DNA of 64,000 bases from contig OZ024743.1 of assembly GCA_964016885.1 (NCBI GenBank), positions 245,086,001 to 245,150,000 of the forward strand, read 5' to 3'. Below the pieces are notes generated by a model that was given only the letters and a program-made list of their open reading frames with translations, did no database searches and had not been told where the DNA came from. Below are positions 35,041 to 48,647 of the stretch, one piece after another. Positions within the stretch are counted from its first letter, which is position 1. Each line of letters begins with the position of its first letter. The translations under genes and the position numbers were made by a program. The DNA is from Eledone cirrhosa. Lineage: Eukaryota.

Positions 35041-37449
35041 TCGAGTGACTTCCAATGTCTATATATAAAATTGTTATTGTTTAAATTCCAATTCTTGAAC
35101 AAAAAAAGTAACTCAGAAAATATATTTATAATGATTGCAAAAGGTCTTTGAATTAAATATAAACGCCCTAGAATTAACAAACTAATTAGATTTTAAAAGT
35201 AGAATTAGTTAGAGGCAACAACCTTCTTTTGTGAGAATTCTGTACACAATTAATAACAGATAGCTCTGTTTCTGAACATAAAGACATGTGTACTGTCATA
35301 TACTTGTACAAACATATACACATATATAACACAAATACATACAAGCATGCATACATATATCGCCTATCATCCTCTCGAGGTCGATAAATAAAGTACTAAT
35401 TCAATATTTGGTGTGCCTCAGTTTGGCTTATGCCTTGTAAGGGAAACTTGGTCAACGAAAACTGTGGAAGACAGTCGTATATGTATGTGTGTGATTGTGT
35501 GAGTCTACTCATGTATGTGTATCTACGATTACTATTTATTTATGTCCCATAACTTAGTAGGTCGATAAAATATGTATCAAACTTGAAAAATTAAGTTCAG
35601 GTGTCGATATAATCGACCAAATCCTTTCAAGGCCACTCTTTGCTTTTAATTAATGAAATAGATGAGATTTTTCTTTGTTAGAGTTATTCCCCTTGGATTG
35701 TATTTTTCAAAGAAATGAATATGCATTATAGAGTTATTTCCCTTTGACTATATGATTTATATCAAACTTCATTACCATTAAGTTGAAAAGTTTACAGAAA
35801 ATTTTGATTTCCAACATAACCACTGTTACTTGAGACCCCATAGGAGTGCCATAATGGCATTTCTAGGGTATTTTAAGCCTGGAGGAGCCCGTCCCTCTCC
35901 AGGTCTGAATAAAGCAGATTTCTTTCATAGATGGATAGAAAGTGAGAGAGATGAAGTGAAAAAGAGATACAGAGGAGGAATCAACTCCAGTACTAGACTG
36001 GTATTTTTTTTATCGACCTCGAAAGGCAAATGTTGAGCTCGGTAGGATTTGAGCTCAGAGAACAGAAAGCCAGAACGAATACCGCAAAGTATTCTATCTG
36101 ACATTCTAACGACTCTGCCATTTCGCTACCTCCTAGAGGACATTAGTATGAACCAAATCTTCTCTCCCTCTCTCCTATCCATACACCTCCCACGTCTTAA
36201 CAGACCCCTCTGTAGAGTGGTCTTCTTGGTGACACGTTAAAAATCACACATTATCCCTTGTAAAGTGGTCGTCTTGATTATACAACAAAAAGCACCCAGC
36301 CCACCCTTGTAAGGTGGTCATATTGGGGACACACCAAAAAGCACCCGGTCCACCCTGTACAGGGGTCATGCTGGTGACATGATGAAAAAGTACCCAGTCC
36401 AACCTGTCAGTTGGTCATTTTGGTATCACGATAAAAAGCACCCAGTCCACGCAGTAAATGTGGTTGGCATTATGAAGGGCATCCGTCATAGAAACCAAGC
36501 CAGAAACAGTTCTGTATGAACACGACACAGTCATTTGATCTGATTTTTCTTACAATGAGACAACTCGTCTAACTCATGCTAGCATGGAAAATGGACGTTA
36601 AACAGTGATGCTAATGAAGCTCATGTAATGAAATACATTAAAGTAATGAAAAAAAACAAACTGTTTTCATAGACTCGTATGATCAGTTTCATTTTTATTC
36701 TCTTTAGATCACGACTAAGACACTTCTAATCTGGCCCATTCTTGCTCTAGAAATTACAACCAACTAAATTATAGAAATATACTATTATTATTAAGAAGGG
36801 CATCCAGCCGTAGAAACCAAGCCAAAATCAGTTCTGTGTGAACGAATCACAAACCCCCGACCTGTTCCCTCACAAAGGGACAGCCTGTCCTACCCATGCT
36901 AGCATGGAAGACGAACGTTAAACAAAGATAATGATGATGGTGATGATAATGATGAATGTATTGTCATGTGGAGTCTAACTCATGTTAGTGTGGAAGATGG
37001 ACATTAAACGATGATGATGATGATGAATAAAATACCAAAATCTTTCCCTGTGGATTTGAATTCAGAAATGTTGGTAACAGAACTGGACATGATACCAAAA
37101 AACAGGTTAAGTAAAGAATAGGGACAATGAAATAACTACCATAATTACTCAGAATGAGTATGAAACCAGCATGAAACTTAGCTAATAAAATGAAATAAGA
37201 TAATAATTGTTTCTATATTAGGCACAAGGCCAGCAATTATCCAGTACATTACTGGTACTTTATTTTATCGACCCCGTAAAGATGAAAGGGACGTAACTCT
37301 ATGTTTCAAATCATAAAGGGACGTAACTCTATGTTTCAAAGCATGATGCACTACAACTCATTTATGGTGCATCTATAGTACATAGAATAATGTACGAATG
37401 TCAGGAAAGTGAACAGTGTATGAGTTATGATATACACACTGCAGGGCAA

Positions 37450-37983
37450 TAAAAATAGACGGTAGCCACGGAGTAGGCAGACCCAGAAAAACCTGGTACT
37501 ACTTGATAAATTCTGACCTCACACACTTACACCTCTCCAAGACAATGTCACTGGACCGAGATCTTTGGCGCTACACAGTAATACAGAAGACCCGCCTTAC
37601 CTAAGTACAAAGTGAAACCTACTAGTCAGTAGGCACATCTAACAAAAATACACCCCCACCCCATCCACACCACTCCTTTCAATGTAAAGTTATGTTGGTA
37701 CCACAACATCCAGTCCGAAACAAATGAGGTCGTGTAGGTCTCACGACAAAAAAAAACACACAGTCCACGCTGTAATGTGGCCGTGTAGGTAACACGGTAA
37801 AAACCTCCCAGTCCACACTGTAAACGTGGTTGGTGTTAGGAAGGGCATCCAGCCATAGAAAACCCGCCAGACAGTCCTATGCGAGCAAGACAACCACTCT
37901 TGCCTCAAGTGGGAAAACTCCCGTCCAAACCCATGCAAGCGTGGAAGATGGATGTTAAACAATGATGATGATGATGATGATGA
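37450..37983 (+). mobile_element. 3' end of an RTE LINE related to 44418-47221, with a (TGA)n tail
   Basis: Similar to the reverse complement of ~44418-44950. Confidence 0.8.
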
Positions 37984-38905
37984 CACAGATACATGCGTGT
38001 ATGGAGGGGGAATATCAGGTGTAGTGTTGACGAAATTTGGGAAGCATGGAAGTTTTGAAGGATGCAGTATCCCAACATGAAGCTATGAAACCTAAAATTC
38101 AAAATATATGATACACTATAAATGTTGTATGTAAAATGGCAGTGTGACTTATCTACCTGTGCAACTAATGTGTGTGTGTTGCATCCCTGTGATTCCAATG
38201 ATAAATGTTCCAATTATTCAAAATAAAACAGCAGTCTGTTTGAGAAATTAACATGCAAGTGGTTGTGCATTCTACAAGCATATGTACCCTTGTGACTATG
38301 GCACCCCTATGAGTTACAGATAGGAAGATATGTACATTCACACACATACAGACATAGTAATTCAATGATCTTGTAATAATTCTTCTCAAATATTTTAATA
38401 TTTGAAGAACCTATGTGGCTGTACCATAATACAAAACCTGTCACAGATAAGGTATGAGTGAAAAACATTTCATTCCAGAGTAACTGTTGTAAAAGTGGAA
38501 AGTCTCTGACCTGGTTTCATGTAATTGACATCACAATCAAATACGTTAACACTAATCATTATCATCGTCACATCTATTTTCCATGTTTACATGGGTTAGA
38601 CAGGCTGTCATGTTATGAGGTTTGGTTTTCTATAGATTGATGTACTTCCTAAAGCCAACCACGTTACAGGGTAGATTGAATGATTTTTTTTTGTCATAAG
38701 ACCAATATGACCACCAAACAGAGTGGACTGGGTGCTTTTTGTCGTGGTACCAGCACTACTACCAGAAAAAGTAGGCTAGGTGCTTTTTGTCATGGCACCA
38801 GCACTACTACATATATTTTGATAATGTTAACACTAACATATTTTAAATATATTAACACTGACATGTTTTTAATATGTTGACATTAAGAAATGATGGTGGA
38901 TTGGC

Positions 38906-40074
38906 AGAAGACTTATGGCAAAACTCTCTGCAATGGGTGTGAGGGATGATCTTTTTAACTGGTTGAAATCCTTCATTCTCAACCGAAAAGAGGTAGTCAC
39001 GGTTCTAGGACAGCATTCTTCACCATATGAGATGTCATCTGGTGTACCACAGGGATCTGTTCTTGGTCCCCTTTTGTTTGTGGCATATATTAATGACATA
39101 GATGCCAACTTAAAGAATGCCACGGTACTGAAATATGCAGATGACACCAAGCTGTACCTTGAAATCAAAAGGACTGATCCTGAAATCTACAACTCTTTCC
39201 TACAATCAGACCTGGACACAATGCAGCAATGGATCACAGACTGGCAACTGAAGCTGACTGTGGACAAGTGTACCACCATGCATTTTGGAAGGAAAAATCC
39301 AGCGTCCACATACTCCCTCCACAACATTGATATCAAGAAGTCCTCTTGTGAACGTGACCTGGGCATTACTGTCAGCAGCGATTTGCATTGGACAAAGCAT
39401 GTCTCTAAGATTGTCAAGAAGGCTGAGGGTGTCTTGGCATCACTCAGCAAGACCTTTGTTAGCCGCTCTCCAGCCATCTATTTAAAGCTGTATACAGCTA
39501 TGGTACGACCACACTTGGAATTTGCATCATCAGTCTGGAACCCCTATCTTGCTCAGAACATTGACCTCCTGGAAACTGTTCAGAGACGTGCAACCAAGCG
39601 CATACCCTCCATCAGACACCTACCATACTCTGAACGCCTTGCTTCCCTGGGCATGGATTCATTGAAGCTCCGACGTCTGGCAATGGACTTGGTAAACACC
39701 TACAAAGTTATTAATCATCTCGCCAACAACAACCCTGAGCACCTTTTTGATTTCCATGTGTCTAACACACGTGGACATGCCTACAAAATCAGAAAACAGC
39801 ACAGCTCCCATGACTTTCGGAAACATTTTTTCACGTTCAGAGTTGCTGAAGCATGGAACAAACTGCCTGCGTCAGTTGTTAGCTGCCGAGACACTGCATC
39901 CTTTAAAACCCTCATGCTTCTCGAAATTCGCCAAAACTACACCTGATGTACCCTTCCATACACATGCACATATGTGTATATCATGACTCATGCACTGTTC
40001 ATTTTCCTGACATTTGTACATTACCCTATGTACTATACATACACTTTTTGATGAGTTGTAGTGCACCTGAGCAC
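38906..40074 (+). mobile_element. 5'-truncated CR1-type LINE (RT ORF 38915-39946)
   Basis: Motifs SGVPQGSVLGPLLF, KYADDTK, ERDLG, VRPHLE, QRRATK, TRGH and RVAEAWNKLP. Confidence 0.9.
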
Positions 40075-41459
40075 AATCATCATCAACATCACCGTTTTAC
40101 GTCCGTTCTTCCACGCTAGCATGGGTTAGATGGGTTGTCCTGTTGTGGGCAGTGTCTGGTCGGCTGACCATGCCTTGCTCATACAGGAACTGATTTGGCT
40201 TGATTTCTACAGCTGGATTCCCTTCCTAACACCAACCTCATTTACAGTGAGTGCTGGGTGCTTTTTCATGGCGCCTACACGTCCACTTTACAGTGTGGGC
40301 TGGGTGCTTTTTTGCCGTGGCACCTCCACGACCACCTTGCAGTGGGAGGGTGTGGGGGCATATTGTCTATATGCTTCAGCTTGTACCCATGGGAGGTCGG
40401 GTACTCTGTATTACTGCGTGACGCCAGAGGTCACGGTATTTTCATTATTATTATCGGTAGAATGTTGGATAAAATGTTGGATAAAATGCCATTGCTGTAT
40501 TTGTTCTGGCTCTTTACACTTTGATTTCAAATCACGCCAAATTCAATTTTGCCCTTCATCCTCCCAGTATCGATGAAATAAAGTATTAGTCAAGTGCTGG
40601 GGTTGATTTAATAAACTTTACTGATCCCCTAAATTTACCGGCCTGGTGCCTAAATTAGAAATTAATATATTCACACTAAAATATTTTCAATATATCATCC
40701 TGAACATGTATCAAATATATTAACATTACATGTATGCATGGTCCCATAACTCCTGATGGAGTTGTAGAGGTGCCATATTGACATACAGCATTTCTTAGGG
40801 CATTTTTAAAACCTGGTGGGGCCCACGTCACTCCAGCCCAGACTACAGTAGATTTCTTCTGGAGAAGAATAGAGAGTGAGTGAAAGGAAGTGAGAAAGAA
40901 ATATAGAGGGAGAATCAACTCCAGTACTAGACTGGTACTTTTTTTATGAACCGCAAATGGATGAAAGACAAAGTTGACCTCAGCAGGATTTGAACTCAGA
41001 GAGCAGAGAGCCAAAATGAATACTACAAAGTAATTTTATCTGATGTTCTGACTCTGCGACCTTCATCTTAACATTAACATGTATCTAATATATTAATGTT
41101 GACATGTATGTAATATGTTAACATTGACATGTGTCTAATATGTTAATACTAACAACATGTATTCAATATGTTAATACTAACATGTATTGATAATGTTAAT
41201 ACTAACATGTATTCAATATGTTAACATCAACATCTATCTAATATGTTAACACTGACATGTATTCAATATGTTAACAATAACTTCCCTATTTTTTATGTGG
41301 ATGGCACTCCTGAATTATATATTCTCAAATGGAGATAACATGTTATGAATGCATTAGAAGTTAATAACACATAACCAGAGGACTCCAGAGAGTTTAGAAC
41401 ATTGTGTGTAAATATATTTATATAAATATCAACAAATTTATGGAGAAAGGACCTGATAC

Positions 41460-42770
41460 TTTGTGATGTTGATAACTGTGTAGTGTGATAACCGTATGGT
41501 GTTGATAACATCAGGCATGGAACTGTGTGATGTTGATAACTGTGTGGTGTACATAACATTCAACATGGTACACAAAACAACTGAACTGTGATGTTGATAA
41601 CATCAGAGATGGAGTTATGTTAAGCTGATAACACAAGACATGTGGTATTGATAACATCAGACATGAAATTGTATGGAGTTGATAACATCAGACATGGTAC
41701 AGTGTGGTGTTTTTAACATCATACATGGTATTACATTGTATTGATAACATCAGACAGTCAAACTGTGTGATGCTGATAACATCAGCCAAGGAATGTGATG
41801 ATAACATCAAACAGTCAAACTATGTGGTGTTAATAACATCAGACAGTCAAGGAATGTGATGTTGATAACATCAGACAGTCAAACTATGTGATGTTGATAA
41901 CAACAGACAGTCAAACTATGTGATGTTGATAACAACAGACATCAAACTGTATGGTGTTAATAACATCAAACAGTCAAACTATGTGGTGTTAATAACATCA
42001 GACAGTCAAACTATGTGGTGTTAATAACATCAGACAGTCAAACTGTATGGTGTTGATAACAACAGACAGTCAAACTGTATGGTGTTGATAACAACAGACA
42101 GTCAAACTATGTGATGTTGATAACAACAGACATCAAACTGTATGGTGTTAATAACAACAGACAGTCAAACTGTATGGTGTTGATAACATCAGACAGTCAA
42201 ACTGTATGGTGTTGATAACAACAGACAGTCAAACTGTATGGTGTTGATAATAACAGACAGTCAAACTATGTGATGTTGATAACAACAGACATCAAACTGT
42301 ATGGTGTTAATAACAACAGACAGTCAAACTATGTGGTGTTAATAACAACAGACAGTCAAACTGTATGGTGTTAATAACATCAGACAGTCAAACTGTATGG
42401 TGTTGATAACAACAGACAGTCAAACTATGTGATGTTGATAACATCAGACATCAAACTGTATGGTGTTAATAACAACAGACAGTCAAACTATGTGGTGTTA
42501 ATAACAACAGACATCAAACTGTATGGTGTTAATAACATCAAACAGTCAAACTATGTGGTGTTAATAACATCAGACAGTCAAACTGTGTGGTGTTAATAAC
42601 ATCAGACAGTCAAACTGTGTGGTGTTAATAACAACAGACAATCAAACTGTGTGGTGTTAATAACAACAGACAGTCAAACTGTATGGTGTTGATAACAACA
42701 GACAGTCAACTATGTGATGTTGATAACATCAGTCAAATTGTGTAGTGTTCCTACATTAAAGACATGGAAC
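41460..42770. repeat. 32-bp minisatellite with 30-bp variants, degenerate at the left edge
   Basis: Unit TGTTGATAACAACAGACAGTCAAACTGTATGG, e.g. starting at 42051 and 42083. A ~25-bp degenerate array precedes it at ~41066-41280. Confidence 0.9.
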
Positions 42771-43074
42771 TGTGCTCATTCAGGGTTGACCTGCAGCTAA
42801 AACAACAACAACACTTGTAACAATAAATATAAATATATTTAAAACAGATTTATGTGTTCTGGTCAAAACACACAAATTATTATTATACAATTTTCTGTTT
42901 AGTCCTTTTTAAAAATTTCATAACAAACATCAGTTTTCAAATAAAAAATTTTTTTTTTAAACAAAAACAATGTATTAATAGAAATTTCATAACGAAGATA
43001 ATTTATGAGAGCTGCTTATGAAAGTTCCATGTGTGTCATATAAAACTGTCAGATTCTGTATCAAGTTAGTTGAG

Positions 43075-43399
43075 TTAGACCTTCGAAAGGGTAATGTAGT
43101 CTTTTAGTATTTTTGGTAAAGGTAGAAACTGTGATTTGTAAAGAATTTGAGAATGCAGCTCTTGTCGAATGACTATTCGTGAGAGGGCTTGTAGAGTCAT
43201 TGGGGAAGAATAAATATTTGCGAGCCAGTTTCTGACATCGGCTTCTAAAATGAAGGGAGTAAAACAGTTGATTATTACAAAGGCTGCTGATTGTTTGTCT
43301 GTATCACTTAGTGAATAAATATCACCATTATTTCTTGACTCTAATGGTTCTGCATAGTTACCAGAAAATATTAAACTCTTCAGCAGTTTGGTTTTCTGG
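43075..43399 (-). CDS. terminal exon of an ankyrin-repeat and SOCS-box protein (ASB-like); encodes the SOCS box
   Basis: Acceptor tttttaatttcag. The 325 nt are open and end ...WLANIYSSPMTLQALSRIVIRQELHSQILYKSQFLPLPKILKDYITLSKV*, with a BC-box and an LPLP cullin box. The ORF track misses it. Confidence 0.88.
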
Positions 43400-44250
43400 C
43401 TGAAATTAAAAACAGAATCTGGTTTCAGTATAAATAGTTTCTATTTTTTCTTTTTTAAATCGTCTATTTTTAACAGATTTTTAAAGAATGGCATTTAAAG
43501 ACTTTTCCCATATTTTTGAAAAGTAAAAAAACTGAACCATCACTGCATCAGATTAAAAATTGAAGTCTTTACTTTAATATATAATGATCTGTTCATTAGT
43601 AAAGATACTATAAACATTTAAAATAAACCCATTTTTAGATATTTTCTGTTAAATCATTACAGTTGATTATATCATCTCCATAGTAACATAAAGTATACCA
43701 GAAGACATACCAGTTAACAATACATCTCACCATGGTAACCTATTATTTTTAGCCATTTGGATTTGAGTATTTTTGAGCAGATAGAATGCAATGACTATTG
43801 TAGGAAACAAAGAAGCAACAATTTAGCTGATATACCAAAACATATCACCTCAACTGGGTGTAACTTGAAAATACCAATAAAGGATTTCAATTGATAAAAA
43901 TATTGATGCCAGCGTAGAAACAGAGACATATGATGATGATTAATTACAAATGCACATCTACAAAGCTACAATAAAGTTAACTTTTAACATCCTTTTATGA
44001 TCTAGAAGAAAATATGTAAAAACAGGTTTTTTAATTCAAATGTTTACAGTATTTTTACTAATGGTCAGATAATTGTGAAAATTTGCAGTAAACTAAGGTA
44101 CTGTATCATCATCATCATCATCATTTAACGTCCATCTTCCACGATAGCATAGGTTAGACGGTTTGGGTCCATTTGATGCGGGAATGGTCGGGAGACCGTG
44201 TCTCGCTCGTACAGAAGTCTATACTGTATATACTCGAATATAAGCCAAGG

Positions 44251-44417
44251 AATATGAGACCAGAAAATCGTTGTTAAAATATGTGACCAGAAAATAGATG
44301 GTATAATATGTGACCAGAAAATAGATGGTATAATATGTGACCAGAAAATAGATGGTATAATATGTGACCAGAAAATAGATGGTATAATATGTGACCAGAA
44401 AATAGATGGTATAATAT
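44251..44417. repeat. 27-bp minisatellite, left part
   Basis: Unit AATATGTGACCAGAAAATAGATGGTAT. Confidence 0.95.
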
Positions 44418-47221
44418 CATCATCATCATCATCATCATCAACGTTTAACGTCCGTGTTCCACGTTTGCATGGGTTTGGACGGGGGTAGTCCCACTTGAGG
44501 CAAGAGTGATTGTCTTGCTCGCATAGGACTGTCTGGCAGGTTTTCTACAGTTGGATGCCCTTCCTAACACCAACCACATTTACAGTGTGGGTCTGGGAGG
44601 TTTTTACCGTGTTGCCTACACGGCCACATTACAGCGTGGACTGTGTGTTTTTTTGTCGTGACACCTACACGATCTCATTTGTTTCGGCCTCGAAGGCGCG
44701 GCACCAACATAACTTTACATAGAACGGGGTGGTGTGGATCGGGTGGGGGTGGGGGTGGTGGGACGGGGTGTATTTTGTTAGAGATGCCTACTGGCTGGAG
44801 TAGGTTTTACTATATATTTAGGTAAGGCGGGTCTTCTCTGTTACTGAGTACCGCCAAAGGTCTCGGTCCAGTGACATTGTCTTGGAGAGGTGTAAGTGTG
44901 TGATGTCGGAGTTTATCAGCTCGTCCCAGGTTTTTCTAGGTCTGCCTATTCCGTGACTACCGTCTATCTTTATTGCCCTGCACTTTGTTATACAGCTATC
45001 GACTTTCATGCGCATCACGTGTCCATACCAACGTAGCCTTCTCTCGAGTAAACAACATCTGATCCCTCTTATCTCTAATTTTTTCCTTAGTTCGTTTATG
45101 CTTTGCCGTTCACGTATATTACTGTTACACATCCAGCGGAGCATGCAAGCTTCGTTCCTCTCTAGTCTGCGTATATCCTCTGCACACAATGCCCAGGTCT
45201 CACTGCCATGCAGCATTGCTGTTCGTATGCAGGCATCGTACAACCTGCCTTTCATTTTTAGTGAGAACCCTTTAGCAGCTAATAGTGGTATAAGCTCTCT
45301 GAACTTTTTCCAACCAGTTCTGACTCTAGCTACAGTACTTTCAGAGCACCCTCCCCCACTGCTGATTTTATCGCCCAGGTAACGGAAGCTGTCCACTATT
45401 TCTATAGAACCCTCTGCGCAATTGAAAGAGCTAGTAGTTTGTGGGCACTTGCTGCTACTTATTGCACCAGAGCACCGGCCACATGTAAAATCTATGTTCT
45501 TAGTTAGCTTACCTGTGATCCCACTACATCTTTTATGCACCCATACTTTGCATTTAGGACATAAAATGGAGTTTCTACCTACGCCTTTCCTACACACCGA
45601 GCACGACCATTTCCCAGAAGGGACCGCCGCCTTGTTTTCTTTCCTACAAACTAGTACTTTGGTCTTAGCCAGGTTAATTTTAAGTCCTTTTGACTCTAGG
45701 CCGTGCTTCCATGTTTGGAATTTCTTCTCTAGCTCGGCCATTGATTCCGCTATGAGTGTCAGGTCGTCTGCGTATAGGAGTTCCCATGGGCAGCCTGTCT
45801 TGAACTCCTCTGTTATAGCCTGAAGGGCAATAATAAATAGTAGTGGACTGAGAACAGAGCCCTGATGGACGCCAACTTTTACGCTAAACTCTTCACTATA
45901 TTCGTTGTTAATTCTAACCTTGCTGACTGTTTCTTTATACATGGCTTGTATAGCCCTCACAAGCCATTCGTCAACGCCTAGTTTTCTAAGAGCCCACCAG
46001 ATAATGGAGCGGGGGACTCTGTCGAAGGCTTTCTCCAAGTCGACAAAAGCTAAGTAGAGGGGTTTACCTTTAGCTAGGTACTTCTCCTGTAGTTGTCGTA
46101 CTATGAAAAGAGCGTCTGTGGTACTTTTGCCTGACACAAACCCGAACTGCATTTCATCTAGGTCAATTCTCTCTCTGATTAGTTGCGCTATTACTCTTTC
46201 CGTGACCTTCATGACCTGGTCGATTAATTTAATGCCTCTATAGTTACTCCTATCTAGGGCGTCTCCTTTACCCTTATAACAGTTAACGATGATGCTGCTA
46301 TGCCAGTCCTTCGGAACAACCCCATTCTGTACGACTTGGTTAACTATGCGGGTGACCATGGTGTGTCCCACCGTGCCAGATGCCTTCAGCATCTCAGCAA
46401 CTATTTCCGAAGGCCCAGCCGCCTTACCAGTCTTCATATCCTTGATTGCCTTACTTATTATACTCCCCTCGACTAACACTGCTGGTCCCTCTATTGGGTC
46501 GATATGGGGGAGACTGCCTTTCTCCCAATTATTCTCCTCATTTAGAAGCCTTTCATAGTGACACTTCCAAGCTACCTTCTTATCAGCGTCGGTGATGGCA
46601 AGTGTGCCATCGTCGTTTAGTACACACTTCTCCCCGACAATATCACGGTTTTCCTTGACGCATTGCCTAGCAATCCTGAACACCTCACGTTTTTGGTCAT
46701 CGCGTTGTAGAACATGCTTGAACTTTCTTTCCTCAGCTTCCCTTCTTGCTAAGTACACTTGTCTCCTAGCTTCCCTCCTGGCCACTTGATAGTCCTCTCT
46801 ACTTCCCCCATCCCGCCATACTTTCCAAGCCTGCTTTTTGGCCTTAATTGACCCCTCCACCTTACTGTTCCACCACCATGTTACTCTCCTCCTGCCTACA
46901 GGCCTGCTCCAGCCACAGACCTCGTCTGTCGCCAACAGCAGGTTTGCTTTCAGAAATTCCCACTCTCCCTCTATATTGTCCGACTCTAAATGTTCTTCCT
47001 TACTGTCGAAAGCATTAAGTAATATGCTTTGAAATTTATTCCTGGCTGTGGGGTCCTTTAGCTTCCATATTTTCCTCCTGAGGATAGTCCTCTTCTGTTG
47101 TCGAGTACGTCTCGTCCTGACTATGAGGTCGCTAATTATCAGTCTATGTTGGGAGGTGCATTCTTCATGGGGGAGGGATTTAGTGTTAACAACAGACACT
47201 CTGTCACGTCTTCTGGTAAGG
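44418..47221 (-). mobile_element. young RTE-clade LINE, 5'-truncated at the end of the APE endonuclease
   Basis: Uninterrupted 793-aa ORF, a 3'UTR and a (TGA)n tail at 44418-44439. Confidence 0.93.
44818..47199 (-). CDS. RTE LINE polyprotein: endonuclease C-terminus, RT, PHD-like zinc finger, C-terminal region
   Basis: Motifs QHRLI, NYRGIKL, QFGF, FVDLEKAFD, GVHQGSVLSPLLF, LYADD, FRYLG, HGSETW, RLRWYGHV and GRPRKTW. Confidence 0.9.
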   Translation of the reverse strand: MSVVNTKSLPHEECTSQHRLIISDLIVRTRRTRQQKRTILRRKIWKLKDPTARNKFQSILLNAFDSKEEHLESDNIEGEWEFLKANLLLATDEVCGWSRPVGRRRVTWWWNSKVEGSIKAKKQAWKVWRDGGSREDYQVARREARRQVYLARREAEERKFKHVLQRDDQKREVFRIARQCVKENRDIVGEKCVLNDDGTLAITDADKKVAWKCHYERLLNEENNWEKGSLPHIDPIEGPAVLVEGSIISKAIKDMKTGKAAGPSEIVAEMLKASGTVGHTMVTRIVNQVVQNGVVPKDWHSSIIVNCYKGKGDALDRSNYRGIKLIDQVMKVTERVIAQLIRERIDLDEMQFGFVSGKSTTDALFIVRQLQEKYLAKGKPLYLAFVDLEKAFDRVPRSIIWWALRKLGVDEWLVRAIQAMYKETVSKVRINNEYSEEFSVKVGVHQGSVLSPLLFIIALQAITEEFKTGCPWELLYADDLTLIAESMAELEKKFQTWKHGLESKGLKINLAKTKVLVCRKENKAAVPSGKWSCSVCRKGVGRNSILCPKCKVWVHKRCSGITGKLTKNIDFTCGRCSGAISSSKCPQTTSSFNCAEGSIEIVDSFRYLGDKISSGGGCSESTVARVRTGWKKFRELIPLLAAKGFSLKMKGRLYDACIRTAMLHGSETWALCAEDIRRLERNEACMLRWMCNSNIRERQSINELRKKLEIRGIRCCLLERRLRWYGHVMRMKVDSCITKCRAIKIDGSHGIGRPRKTWDELINSDITHLHLSKTMSLDRDLWRYSVTEKTRLT

Positions 47222-48324
47222 AATATGTGACCAGAAAATAGATGGTATAATATGTGACCAGAAAATAGATGGTATAATATGTGACCAGAAAATCGTTGTT
47301 AAAATATGTGACCAGAAAATAGATGGTATAATATGTGACCAGAAAATAGATGGTATAATATGTGACCAGAAAATAGATGGTATAATATGTGACCAGAAAA
47401 TAGATGGTATAATATGTGACCAGAAAATAGATGGTATAATATGTGACCAGAAAATAGATGGTATAATATGTGACCAGAAAATAAATGGTATAATATGTGA
47501 CCAGAAAATAGATGGTATAATATGTGACCAGAAAATAGATGGTATAATATGTGACCAGAAAATAGATGGTATAATATGTGACCAGAAAATAGATGGTATA
47601 ATATGTGACCAGAAAATAGATGGTATAATATGTGACCAGAAAATAGATGGTATAATATGTGACCAGAAAATAGATGGTATAATATGTGACCAGAAAATAG
47701 ATGGTATAATATGTGACCAGAAAATAGATGGTATAATATGTGACCAGAAAATAGATGGTATAATATGTGACCAGAAAATAGATGGTATAATATGTGACCA
47801 GAAAATCGTTGTTAAAATATGTGACCAGAAAATAGATGGTATAATATGTGACCAGAAAATAGATGGTATAATATGTGACCAGAAAATAGATGGTATAATA
47901 TGTGACCAGAAAATAGATGGTATAATATGTGACCAGAAAATAGATGGTATAATATGTGACCAGAAAATAGATGGTATAATATGTGACCAGAAAATAGATG
48001 GTATAATATGTGACCAGAAAATCGTTGTTAAAATATGTGACCAGAAAATAGATGGTATAATATGTGACCAGAAAATAGATGGTATAATATGTGACCAGAA
48101 AATAGATGGTATAATATGTGACCAGAAAATAGATGGTATATGTGACCAGAAAATAGATGGTATAATATGTGACCAGAAAATAGATGGTATAATATGTGAC
48201 CAGAAAATAAATGGTATAATATGTGACCAGAAAATAGATGGTATAATATGTGACCAGAAAATAGATGGTATAATATGTGACCAGAAAATAGATGGTATAA
48301 TATGTGACCAGAAAATAGATGGTA
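47222..48324. repeat. 27-bp minisatellite, right part (~40 units)
   Basis: Same unit. The variant ...AAAATCGTTGTTA recurs at ~47290, ~47805 and ~48020. Confidence 0.95.
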
Positions 48325-48647
48325 TTCCAGGGTCAATATTTTGATGATTTTCACCATCTTCAAATTCTACATAAATAACGTTTGGATTTTTGCCCGTTTC
48401 TCAGACACAAAATAGTGGGATTGCCTTATATTCCAGTATATATCGTAAATACTTGAATAGTTAATGTGATGGTGGAGTCATAGTGCTGTTTTGTACTTTT
48501 CAAGAATGACTTGTTAATGTTGTTTCATGTGGTACAGGACATAAAATGTTAAAGTTATAAAGATACATTATCAATTAGTTTACCTGATGCTGTGGTAATA
48601 TTGTGCAGTTGCTTCAAAAAGGTTTAAAGGGCACCACCAGCCTTCTA

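Larger units (their letters stand above)
44224..48445. mobile_element. Tc1/mariner-superfamily (Tc2/pogo-like) MITE, inflated by a minisatellite and a LINE
   Basis: The TIR CTGTATATACTCGAATATAAGCC (44224-44246) matches the reverse complement of 48423-48445 at 19/23 positions. TA flanks both outer ends. Confidence 0.65.

Noticed and set aside
34747-35055. His-rich and Gly/Asp-rich ORFs
   Set aside because: Low-complexity trinucleotide sequence with no splice or homology support.
41780-42720. 32-bp array resembling a CRISPR locus (also the 27-bp and 40-bp arrays)
   Set aside because: The units are contiguous with no unique spacers, there are no cas genes, and the context is eukaryotic.
48028-48363. 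ORF of repeated ILYHLFSGH
   Set aside because: A by-product of the 27-bp (9-codon) minisatellite.
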